A stretch of 64,000 bases of DNA from the NCBI RefSeq assembly GCF_006345805.1, contig NW_021824848.1:1-64000 (forward strand), in the 5' to 3' direction. This stretch comes from Octopus sinensis. Its lineage: Eukaryota. Every line of letters begins with the position of its first letter. The stretch's first letter is position 1. The position numbers were made by a program, and so were the translations under genes. This document shows, piece after piece, positions 35,296 through 53,295 of the stretch. The notes beneath the pieces were generated by a model. The model ran no database searches and was not told where the DNA came from. It saw only the letters and a program-made list of their open reading frames with translations.

Positions 35296-35417
35296 CAGAC
35301 AGACTGGGCTCCAAGCGAACACTTACCTTCTTCTTCCTCAAGCACAATATTCACCACAGCACATCTTCCTAAACAGAACATCAGGGTTAGGTGAAAGACT
35401 GCACTGGTCAACATCAT
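23813..35417 (-). CDS. Paralog B, 183 aa; exons 35417-35327, 30445-30242, 26585-26502, 23985-23813
   Basis: Spliced ORF is 552 nt with all introns phase 1 GT-AG: [183 protein letters not shown]. Confidence 0.88.
24500..24930 (+). mobile_element. L1/Tx1-like LINE ORF2 C-terminal (zf-RVT-like) remnant in B intron 3
   Basis: [10 protein letters not shown].. and [26 protein letters not shown] (CxxC..ETxxH-like); shared with C at 40280-40410. Confidence 0.6.
26502..26585 (-). CDS. Paralog B exon 3
   Basis: tttttcag| 84 nt |gtaagt, open in phase 1/1. Confidence 0.87.
27720..28935 (+). mobile_element. hAT-like (hATm-type) transposase remnant in B intron 2
   Basis: [25 protein letters not shown] and [10 protein letters not shown] motifs with stops and frameshifts; the internal segment 28060-28440 is duplicated at 26770-27155. 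Confidence 0.65.
29353..29905 (-). mobile_element. Internally deleted mariner-like element
   Basis: TA-flanked imperfect TIRs (tgatcaaaaagtat..ggact / agtcc..atatttttgatca); C-terminal [34 protein letters not shown]; right end shared with C at 42330-42435. Confidence 0.7.
29965..30195 (+). mobile_element. SINE family 1
   Basis: Full-length copy. Confidence 0.85.
30242..30445 (-). CDS. Paralog B exon 2
   Basis: tttttag| ... |gtatgt, lies inside ORF 30234..30467; homologous to 42518-42718. Confidence 0.88.
31074..31318. mobile_element. Mariner-type MITE
   Basis: TIRs tgggttggtgcataattattgcggc / gccgcaataattatgcaccaaccca, with further imperfect arms of about 85 bp. Confidence 0.8.
33420..33846 (-). 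mobile_element. SINE family 2
   Basis: Full-length reverse copy. Confidence 0.87.
34234..34279 (+). ncRNA. Minimal type I hammerhead ribozyme motif, U3-A8 core variant
   Basis: CGTACG-TTGACAA-GAGG caaatta CCTC-GAAAT-TGCA-GTC/CGTGCG; palindromic TGCA loop III; predicted cleavage after 34273. Confidence 0.65.
35327..35417 (-). CDS. Paralog B exon 1 (signal peptide)
   Basis: ATG at 35417, donor GAAG|gtaagt; highly similar to 45807-45894. Confidence 0.87.
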
Positions 35418-35499
35418 AGAAATAATTTCGGTTTTCGTCGCGGGATCGTCCGACAATGACAAAGAAATTCTAGCAGAAGGGACACCAACGGGTAATATA

Positions 35500-35700
35500 T
35501 AAATGGAATCTCCTGAATTTATTCAAGTGGCCTACAAGTGGATATATGTTGCTGTTTGAATTACAATACAAAGCATCAAGAACAAATTTAAGCAGGAAAT
35601 ATTCAGGATAGGTTTCTAATGGTTTAATACATTTCCTGAAATACTAACTGAAAAGTTAAAACAAAATCATATACAACACAGGAAACAACATGCTTAGAAG
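35500..35700 (-). promoter_or_regulatory. Putative proximal promoter of B (conserved with C)
   Basis: About 200 bp non-coding block alignable with 46000-46190, e.g. tacaagtggatatatgttg, aggataggtttc, ttaatacatttcc, tgaaaagtt. Confidence 0.5.
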
Positions 35701-35759
35701 TATTATTCTGAGGTTGAGAGATCAAATTTAGCCGAAATAAGCTGACATATGAGGGGACA

Positions 35760-37278
35760 TCGAAGGTGTCACCTCATATGTGATGAGGTGACATAGAAGG
35801 TCAAAACAATACTCTTACCTTCTTATCTGATGAAAACTTAGTCGTCATCTTTGACGTGTGTTTAGGGTCATTATCATATTAGAACGTGACATGACTACCT
35901 AGTTCCTTGATGCTTTTCGACATTGTTTTCTGCAATATCTCACGATAAATTCAGTATTCTCAAAATAAATGTGAGTCCTTCCATACCAGCCGCACTCATT
36001 CATTCCCGAAGCATAATACACCCGCCGCCGTGTTTCACGGTAAACATTTTTCGCTATTACCTGTTTCTTTACTACACACAAGGGGCTAAACATAGAGGGG
36101 ACAAACAAGGACAAGCAAACGGATTAAGTCGATTACATCGACATCAGTGCGTAACTGGTACTTAATTTATCGACCCCGAAAGGATGAGAGGCAAAATCGA
36201 CCTCGGCGGAATTTGAACTCAGAACGTAACGGCAGACGCAATGCGGCTACGCATTTCGCCCGGCGTGCTAACGATTCTGCCAGCTCGCCGCCTTATTTGT
36301 CGCCATTATGTTCATCTGATCGTTGTCGTCATACTCGTTTAATACCATCTGACCGAAACAAGTTGATTTTAGTCGCGTTAGAAAAAAGAGCATTTTTTTC
36401 CAAAACTCCCGGCATTTATTCATAAAGGTTTCGACAAAAGAATGTCGACTTGATTTATGCCTGGTACTCTTTACTCTTTTACTTGTTTCAGTCATTTGAC
36501 TGCGGCCATGCTCGAGCACCGCCTTTTAGTCGAGCAATTCGACCCCGGGACTTATTCTTTGTAAGCCTAGTACTTATTCTATCGATCTCTTTGGCCGAAC
36601 CGCTAAGTTACGAGGACGTAAACATACCAGCGATGTTGGGGGAACAAACACAGACACACAAACATATACACACATACATATATACGACGGGCTTCTTTCA
36701 GTTTCCATCTACCAAATCCACTCACAAGGCTTTGGTCGGTCCGAGGCTATAGTAGAAGACACTTGCCCAAGGTGACACGCAGTGGGACTGAACCCGGAAC
36801 CATGTGGTTCGTAAGCAAGCCACTTACCACATAGCCACTCCTACGCCTGGTAGTGAGGAGAGTCTTTATACGAAGAATGCGTCCATGAAGACCACACTGG
36901 TTCAAATTTCGACGAACTGTTTGGGTGGCTTCACTCTCTCCACTAATAGAAGACAATTCTTGGGCCAAAGATAAAGCGGTACGATGCCTGTCATCCATCA
37001 GGTAACGTTAGATGTGGCGTATATGGACCCGCTATTTTAAATAGAAGGCCGTCCTGAACGATGTTTATTGCTTAGACATCCAATAGCTTTGTACTTTTGA
37101 ATTACTTTGGTAACTGTGTTTACGCTAATATGTCTTCCTTCATTAATTAACTGGCATCCTATAATGTTCGCATGTATAATATATTTTATTCAGTTTAAAT
37201 TTCGTTTGATTTCCTTCGATTATTATCAGAGTAATGGCAACTTTACTGAAACCTTTTAGGGGTATACATAATTCTCTG

Positions 37279-37287
<9 letters not shown>
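35760..37287 (-). mobile_element. Tc1-like transposon remnant interrupted by two SINEs, just upstream of B
   Basis: TVRRNLNQCGLHGR (HTH), FWKK..KINLF-like, TVKHGGGCIM, DNDPKHTSK; SINEs at 36063-36293 and 36466-36848. Confidence 0.8.
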
Positions 37288-37344
<57 letters not shown>

Positions 37345-37399
37345 TGTGTGTGTGTATGTGTCTGTGTGTGTATGTCTGTGTGTGTGTCTGTGTCTGTGT

Positions 37400-37443
<44 letters not shown>

Positions 37444-38529
37444 ATATGTATTTGTGAGTCAGTATTTGTTCCCGCACCATCGCTTGACAAGCGACGATGG
37501 TGTGTTTACACCCCGTAACATTATCAGTTCGGCAAAAGAGACCGATAGAATAAATACTACGCTTACAAAGATTAAGTCCGGGGAGTCGATTTGTTCGACT
37601 AAAGGCGGTGCTCCAGCATAGCCGCAGTCAAATGACTGAAACAAGTAAAAGAATAAAAGAATATATACACATGCATACATATCTATATACACATATATAT
37701 ATACATACACACACATATATATATACGTATATACATACATATATATATATATATGTGTGTATGTATGCATGCATGCATGTGTGTGTGTGAATGTATGTAT
37801 GTATGTTGTGTGTGTGTGTGTGTGTTTATGAACATGAACACACACACAAATCTATATAAATACCTTTTTCTTATTGGTTGACAACTTTGGAAAATCCTTG
37901 CACTTATTTCCCCTTTTCAATTGAAACAACACATGATTGCCGTTTCGTAATTATGGTACACACTGACGAGGCGGAGTCATCTTTCATAAACAAAGAATAT
38001 CTGTTGCGTATCATTCGATACACATGCATTTTTCTATATTGTTCAAATACAGGACACAGGACAATTTTGGTTATTTCCTTAGCTTGTGAACGGGAATAAG
38101 GCAGGTCAGGTACCTTCAACCGAAGCAATAGAGCTGCTTTGCGCGTGACCCAAATTACATTATGTGACACATTACAGACTTTTGTTTGTCTTCGATTATT
38201 AATGTTATTTCCTAGTTGCTTTGGTCAAGAAAGCAAAGAATATTATTATTAGTCTCTTCAAACTTTGGTTCTGTGGCCAGAACATTGATGTTTTAAAAAT
38301 AATATTTATATATGAAGTTGTAACCTGAATTAATGTTTTTAAAGTAATTATACTATTTAATGTGAGTGTGTATATTAGCAGTGGAAACGTATTTCAACTA
38401 ATCTAAATTGTGAATGTATATATATATATATATATATATAACACAGGGTGTTGAACAGCGTTTGGACAGCAAAGCAGCATGTAAACATGCCTCTATATTT
38501 ATTTCTAGAACATTCTGGCAACACTGAAT

Positions 38530-39050
38530 GCACTATCAATAAAAGGATTCGAGAAACATAGATCTTTAGTTCGGTCAAAGTGGACATACACCATTTGCAG
38601 GGTACAGCTTTTCCATGTTTTATTATCAAAATTTCACATTTGGACCCACAAAATCTCCTTCCAGTATCTGGAGGGTATTCGGTAATATGGTCCAATTGTT
38701 CTGTTAAGTGGTTGGTGTTTGACACATACATTTCTCAGCTCCTTGACAAAGAAAAATGTGAGCTACTTCTGAATCTATTTCTATGGTCACTACGTGAGCA
38801 GGTATGAAAGTGAGCTTAATGAGAAGACGAAGAGAAACACGTGCAGGCTATCACCCTGAAAGATACCTTTTTGGTAGAGAAGGCTATCAGACTCTGTGCA
38901 TAAATTGCATGTGATATTTTGGCAGGCTATTGGGCAGTAATTTTTAGCAAGGGTGGTTTGGATATTTTGTGGGAAGAAAAGAATAGTTTCAGTTGATAAC
39001 CATTGGGGGTAGTTCTTGTGCGTCCTTTCCTCCATACAACCTTATGAGAT
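38530..39050 (-). mobile_element. Degenerate non-LTR reverse transcriptase fragment
   Basis: KNYCPIACQN and KGIFQGDSL motifs. Confidence 0.65.
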
Positions 39051-39070
39051 CTCACCTATGCACGGATTTG

Positions 39071-39102
<32 letters not shown>

Positions 39103-39453
39103 TGTATGTATATATGTATGTAGGTATGTATGTATGTACGTATGTATGTACGTATGTATGTATATAATTGTTTGTATGCTTTGGAGGAGCGATTGGGAGA
39201 ACTTTTTAAACAAATGGTAAAGCAATAAATCTTAACAAATTTTTTCACTTTTCAAATATCTTTATTTCGGTTTTTACAGTTGGCTTTTACAATTAATCTC
39301 AAGAAAATGTCTTTAAACTGAATATATTTATCATCGAAGCTAATATTTGATTTTGTCTTCCGTTTACTTTACTTTATTTTGTATATTTGAAAAATGCCCT
39401 ATACAATGGAGTATAAAAACTTTACATGTCTACCATGCAATTTGAATTGATAT

Positions 39454-45894
<6,441 letters not shown>

Positions 45895-45999
45895 GATGGT
45901 AATGATTTCAATTTTCTCTTCTCAAAATTCGTCACGGGATCGTTCGCTAATGAGAAAGAAGCTTTGGCAAAAGAGACGCGAATGGATAACGCTTGACGG

Positions 46000-46190
46000 A
46001 ATCTTTCGTATTTATACCTTTGACTTACAAGTGGATATATGTTGTTTCAATTACAACAATAGACGAGGCTCAGGAACACATACAAAGAGAAAATATTTAG
46101 GATAGGTTTCCTAAGGATTGTTAATACATTTCCAAAAATACTAATTGAAAAGTTGAAACAAAATCAAAACAACATGGAAAAGAAAATGCG
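46000..46190 (-). promoter_or_regulatory. Putative proximal promoter of C with TATA box
   Basis: GGTATAAATA on the minus strand at about 46009-46018, roughly 120 nt upstream of the ATG; the block is conserved with the B upstream region. Confidence 0.5.
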
Positions 46191-46266
46191 TTGTAGTATA
46201 TTTCCCGTTCAGGTTCGATAAAGCTTTCTATCTATGAAGTATTGGTGTCGGTGATATTGTTGTTGT

Positions 46267-46665
46267 GAAGGCGGCGAGCTGGCAGAAACGTTAGCACGCC
46301 GGGCGAAATGCTTTGCGGTATTTCGTCTAACGTTACGTTCTGAGTTCAAATTCCGCTGAGGTCGACTTTACCTTTCATCATTTCGGGGTCGATAAATTAA
46401 GTACCAGTGATGCACTGGGGTCGATATAATCGACTTAATCCGTTTGTCTGTCCTTGTTTGTCCTCTCTGTGTTTAGCCCCTTGTGGGTAGTAAAGAAATA
46501 GGTATTTCGTCTGCCGCTACGTTCTGAGTTCAAATTCCACCGTGGTCGACTTTGCCTTTCATCCTTTCGGGGTCGATAAATTAAGTACCAGTTGCGTACT
46601 GGTGTCGATCTAATCGACTGGCCCCACCTCCCCCAAAAATTCGGGCCTTGTGCCTAGAGTAGAAA
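46267..46665 (+). mobile_element. SINE family 1 with tandem core duplication
   Basis: Core repeated at 46317-46435 and 46501-46620. Confidence 0.85.
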
Positions 46666-46691
46666 AGAATTATTATTGCTGTTGTTGGTCC

Positions 46692-46735
46692 TGCGCTCGG
46701 TAGTGAAGTGAAAGCACGCTATAAAAATAAAACTA

Positions 46736-46793
<58 letters not shown>
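46692..46793 (+). mobile_element. About 50-bp 3' tip of the R4/Dong-like LINE plus (TAA)n tail
   Basis: ctcggtagtgaagtgaaagcacgctataaaaataaaactactgaa(taa)n is the reverse complement of about 51301-51347. Confidence 0.8.
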
Positions 46794-46796
<3 letters not shown>

Positions 46797-46899
46797 GGGG
46801 CAGGTGGCGTCTCCCCATGTTCTGATTAATGATACATCTAGTGATAGTATCACAATTTAAACACTTGTAATTGCGCAACTTGATAATCGTTACCTCATA

Positions 46900-49105
46900 C
46901 GAGTGTCAATGAATAAACAAAATATTTTGAATAACGGTGGTAATGAAACTGGAGCCATTGATGGTGACATAGTTGCACCCGGTAGGCTCAGAGATTCTGG
47001 TTCGGCTCCAGCCTGTCGACACCAGAAATGGACCATCACACACGGCGTAGATGGAGCAAGCAAATTAATGTGGTCATGGAGTGTTACTACCTGAGCAGCC
47101 CGATAGATGAAAATGGTGCTCAGATTAGGGGTTACCGACAACGTATGTATGATCATTGGAGAGAAAAGAGATTATTTCAACTCCCGGAACAGAGACTATG
47201 GGATCAAGCTAGAGCAATAAGAAAAAATAATTGGTTCACAGAAGTAGAGCTCAAAGCTATCAAAACGACAGCGACATTATTTGCAGCCTTAAAAAAGTTG
47301 ACCGGTGGAAGTTGAACCAAGAAACGAAAAATGTCAAGGATATTCTGAAATACATCAGAACAAACATCACAAAAACAAATAATTTGATCAAGGCAGCAAG
47401 TATTGTTGTAACAGAAAATGTGGGTGTCGATATCAAGAAAAAGAAATGTAATTGGAGTGACAAAAGGAAAGACCCTTGGTGGAAAAAAAGAATACAGGCA
47501 TTGTTAGATTTGCGCGCGAAGGGAATTTCTGCGTTAGATCGAAAAGTGATAGGGGAGCTTAAAAGCGAACAAAAATACAGGGCGCTGAAAAGGAAGAAAG
47601 GGCCTGAATGTGGTAATGGAAGAACTGGAATATCGCCTCGTTGCAAAGAAATCAAAGATGGTAAGATGCGACCAAAGAATGAAGTGTTACGACCAGAATA
47701 GGTTATTCAGAGTAGATCCGAAGAGATTCTATAAAGAAATAAATGGAGAGTGTACAGACAAAAAGTTGATACCAGATAACAATGAAAGTCAAAGGTTTTG
47801 GAGTGACATCTGGAGCAAAGACAAAGAGCACAAGAAGGATGCTGAATGGCTACAAGAAGCGAAACAAACAGTAGTCTGTCCAAAACAGACGGAATTAGTC
47901 ATTTCAGTTAAGGAAGTGAAGGAAATCAGCAAAAAAGTGAGCGACTGGAAGGCCCCGGGACCAGATCGAGTTCAAGGCTACGGATCAAAAGATTTGGTGA
48001 ATGTCATGCACGAATAGATGCGCAACTCAACACCTTGTTAAATGCCGACCAAATAACACCAGAGTGATTGACATTAGGTAGGACAGTTCTGTGCTTGAAA
48101 AACACAAAAAGACCAGTACGGTAGACAATTACAGGCCGATATCCTGTTTGCCACTTATGTGGAAGTCATTCACTGGAATACTCGCAGAGTCAATGTACGA
48201 ACATCTGGAAAAATGGAGTCCTGCCACATGAACAGAAAGGTTGCAAGCTTAAGTGCAGAGATACAAAGGAACAACTCCTGACTAACAAATATGTACTTAG
48301 TGACTGCAAGAGGAGAAAAAGTAGCTTAGTTATGTCATGGATCGACTATCCTAAGGTGTATGCTATGATCCCTCATACTTCGATAATGGAATGTATAAAC
48401 CTATTTGGTACTGCATCGAATGTTGAGCGATTGGTTGGAAAAAGTATGGCAACATACGGAAGAAATTTGGGGACAGTAGAAATCAGGAAGGGCATCTTCC
48501 AAGGCAACTGTCTGTCACCACTGATCTTTGTACTGTGTTTGATCCCACTAACACTGATTCGGAGGAAAGTTGGGTATGTTTTCAAAGGCCGCCAACAAAA
48601 AGTCAACCATTTGTTATTTATGGATGATGACCTCAAACTTTATGGTAAAGATGAAGCCCAGTTCTCTCGTTGATACAGTGTATATTTTCAGTGATATTAT
48701 CAGAATGGTGTTCGGACTGAGAAAGTGTGGTGTGTTAGTCTTGAAAAGAGGCAAAATCAAACGTATGGACGGGCTATCGAAACCGTTGGGGAACGTTATA
48801 AAGCAGATAGAAGAGACGGGCTATAAATACTTGGAGATTTTGGAAATGGGTAATTGATGGAGAAAGAAATGACAGAAAAATTTTATGGGGAGTACTTGCG
48901 CAGACTGAGTCGAATTTAAACGGACGGAATAAGATTGAAGCTATCAACACCTGGGTGGCTTCACTCCTTAGATATGGATCAGGGGTAATCGTATGGACAG
49001 TAGACAAACTAAACAGTTTAGACAGAAAGACAAGGAAGTTGCTAACTAGATATGGGACAAAAAGTGACACAGACAGACTACATGTACCAAGAAAAAGAGG
49101 CGGAA
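46900..49105 (+). mobile_element. Degenerate R4/Dong-like non-LTR retrotransposon (RT region)
   Basis: [49 protein letters not shown] and YKYL motifs in broken frames; follows a (TAA)n tract. Confidence 0.85.
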
Positions 49106-49827
49106 AATATACGAAGCCAGTATACCCATAATAATTACTCGTCTGATAAGGATACACCAGGCGCATGCCTCACAATCATATGTGCGCGACATGGTGATCT
49201 CATATCAAGATAAACAGCACATGACATTGCAGGTGGGCCCAGTTAGAATTTTCTTCTGGTCGAGTAGCCCATCCCGCTCAAAAGGTCCCTGAATAAGGAT
49301 TGGGGTTTGAATAATTCACCTCTGGAAACATGAGTGTTTCGTTCAACATACTTATGGTTGTGAGGCATGTGCCTGGTGCACTCTTATCTGACGGGTAATC
49401 ATTATGGGTATACTGGGCTTCGTATATTTTACCCCAGTATCACTTTGATGGCATTCGCTGCTCTCTCATTCAATAATAATAACAGTAGCAACAACAACAA
49501 CAACAACATAGAGGTATCAAATTTTTTCGACTAAAATAATCGTTTTGGAACACAGCCTTTTTCACTGTTACTGTTAATGTTCTTTTACAGTTCTTTTACA
49601 AACTTCTGTCAACGCTGAGTTTAAATGCTCTTCTAGTTTTTATTACCATGATAAAAAAAAAGGAAGTTATGTTACATGGGTGCAAGTGTGGTTGTGTGGT
49701 AAGAAGCTTGCATCCCAGCCAGATGGTACCGGATTCAGTCCCACTGCATGGGTTCAGTAGCCTCGGGGCGACAAAATCTTTGTGAGTGGAGTTAGTAGAT
49801 AGAAATTGAAAGAAGCTCGTCCTACAT

Positions 49828-49902
<75 letters not shown>

Positions 49903-50132
49903 TGTGTATGTGTTTAATGTGTATCTTCGTGGCCCAGTACTGCTTGACAACCAGTGTTGGTACGTTCACGTGCCCCGTAAAAATAGCAGTTCGGTAAAAG
50001 TTACCGATACATTAAGTACCAGACTTACCCAAAAATAAATAGCGGGGGATCTATTCATTCGACTAAAAATTCTTCGAGATAGTACCCCAGCATGGCCACA
50101 GTCTAATGACTGAAACAAATTGGGTTAAGGTT

Positions 50133-50722
<590 letters not shown>

Positions 50723-51179
50723 TGCTTAAATTGATAGTGTAGCAGGCAACCGAGTAGCGATTATATATACACTCAAATACAATCCCTATTCTGAGGGACT
50801 GGTTATTATCTTTATCATATGGTATTTGTAAATTGTTTACAAACTAATTTTAATGTATTTAACCATACATGATCTACATGGGATGAATAAGCTCCATTTC
50901 CCAGTTGTAGTAGTAGTATGGTGGTGGTGGTGGTGGTGGTGGTAGGTCTTGGCAACGATGATGATCATAATGATGATGGTTGGCAGACTCGTTAGTGCTA
51001 CGGACGAGATGCTGTATCAGCATTTCTTCCTGATCTTTACATTCAAAGATCAAATTCCACCGGCACTGACTTTGCCTTTCGTCGTTTTGACACCGATAAA
51101 ATAAATGCCAGTCGATCACTGTGATCAATATTATCGTTTAACTCTGGACTTTGTCGAAATTTGAAATCATGATTATAAT

Positions 51180-51193
51180 TGTTGTTGTTGTTG

Positions 51194-51255
<62 letters not shown>

Positions 51256-51259
51256 GTTG

Positions 51260-51306
<47 letters not shown>

Positions 51307-52240
51307 TAGTTTTATTTTTATAGCGTGCTTTCACTTCACTACCGAGAGCAGCTCTGTGCACCTTGGGTATGTGCTGTGGTTTGCTGTAATGCTCTTATGG
51401 TTACTGTATTGAAAGTGTTTTGCGTAGGATGTGTGCAGTGCCCAGTAGTGCAATTTTGTGTATGTTATATATATTTGTAAGTCCTGGTGTTTTTGTTATG
51501 TATTTGTCTGAATATTTTTTCTCATACCTAATGCGCCTACCATGATAGGAATTGTTTCTGTTTTTAGATTCCACATTCGAGTTACCTCTATTTCCAGGTC
51601 TTTGTATTTTGAAAGTTTCTCCATTTCTTTTAGAGAAACGTTGTCATCTGCTGGTATTGATACATCAATTAGAAAGCATGTTTTTTCTTCATGATCTCTG
51701 ACAAACATACATGGCCTTAATTTCTCTATCTGTGTGTATTGGCATATCCCAGAGTATGGTTGCTTTCTCGTTTTCTGTGACCTTTTCTGGTGTGTGCCTA
51801 TACCATCTTTTTTCTTTTGTTATTCCATAATGTTGGCATAGCTTCCAGTGTATGTAGGTCCCAACTCTGTCTAGTCTGTGAATATATTCCTTCTTAGCCA
51901 GGCCTGGGCAGCCAGAGATAATATGATCAATAGTTTCTTGTCCATCTCCACATATTCTGCAGTTACTTGTTGTTTTTTTTTCCTTATATGATTTTGGTAA
52001 TTTCTGGTGGGGCGGTTTTGGTCTTGTGCTGTAATTAAAAATCCCCCCATCTCTGCTTCTCAACCATTGCTGGGATTTTTCTCTATCTATTTCTTATGCA
52101 TTTAGTTTAGCCCACTATTTGCCATGAAGGGGCTTTTCCTGCCATCGTTTTATCATGGTTCGTTGCTGTTCTATTTTTAGTTTGGATTTCATTTGTTTTA
52201 TAGTTTTTGTTCTTTCTTCTTCTTCTTCTTCTTCTTCTTC

Positions 52241-52311
<71 letters not shown>

Positions 52312-53220
52312 TTTATTTTTTTTTATTTTTATAGCGTGCTTTCACTTCATTACCGAGCGCAGCTCTGTGTGCCTTGGGTATGTGCTGTGATTTGTTGTGA
52401 TGCTCTGATGGTTACTGTATGGAAAGTGTTCTGCGTAGGATGTGTGCAGTGCCCAGTAGTGCAATTTTCTGTATGTTATATTTATGTATTTGTCTGAATA
52501 TTTTTTTATCATGCCTAGATAAGAATTGTTTCTGTTTTTAGATTCCACATTCTGGTTACCTCTATTTCCAGGTATTTGTATTTTGAAAGTTTCTCTATTT
52601 CTTTTAGAGAAACGTTGTTATCTGCCGGTATTGATACATCAATTCGAAGGCATTTTTTCTTCATGATCTCTGACAACTATATCTGGTCTGTTGGCCTTAA
52701 TTTCTCTATCTGTGTGTATCGGCATATCCCAGAGTATGGTTGCTTTCTCGTTTTCTGTGACCTTTTCTGGTGTGTGCCTATACCATCTTTTTTCTTTTGT
52801 TATCCATAATGTTGCATAGCTTCCAGTGTATGTAGGTCCCAACTCTGTCTAGTCTGTGAATATATTCCTTCTTAGCCAGGCTGGGCAGCCAGAGATAATA
52901 TGATCAATAGTTTCTTGTCCATCTCCACATATTCTGCAGTTACTTGTTGTTTTTTTTTCCTTATATGATTTTGGTAATTTCTGGTGGGGCGGTTTTGGTC
53001 TTGTGCTGTAATTAAAAATCCCTCCATCTCTGCTTCTCAACCATTGCTGGGATTTTTCTCTATCTATTTCTTATGCATTTAGTTTAGCCCACTATTTGCC
53101 ATGAAGGGGCTTTTCCTGCCATCGTTTTATCATGGTTCGTTGCTGTTCTATTTTTAGTTTGGATTTCATTTGTTTTATAGTTTTTGTTCTTTCTTCTTCT
53201 TCTTCTTTCTCTTCTCTTCT
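51180..53220 (-). mobile_element. Two tandem ~1-kb 3' fragments of the R4/Dong-like LINE
   Basis: CCHC finger CRICGDGQETIDHIISGC and RLE-type CFLIDVSIP..KEMEKLSKYKDL; each unit has a (TAA)n tail and ends 5' at a (GAA)n tract. Confidence 0.88.
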
Positions 53221-53224
53221 TCTA

Positions 53225-53295
<71 letters not shown>

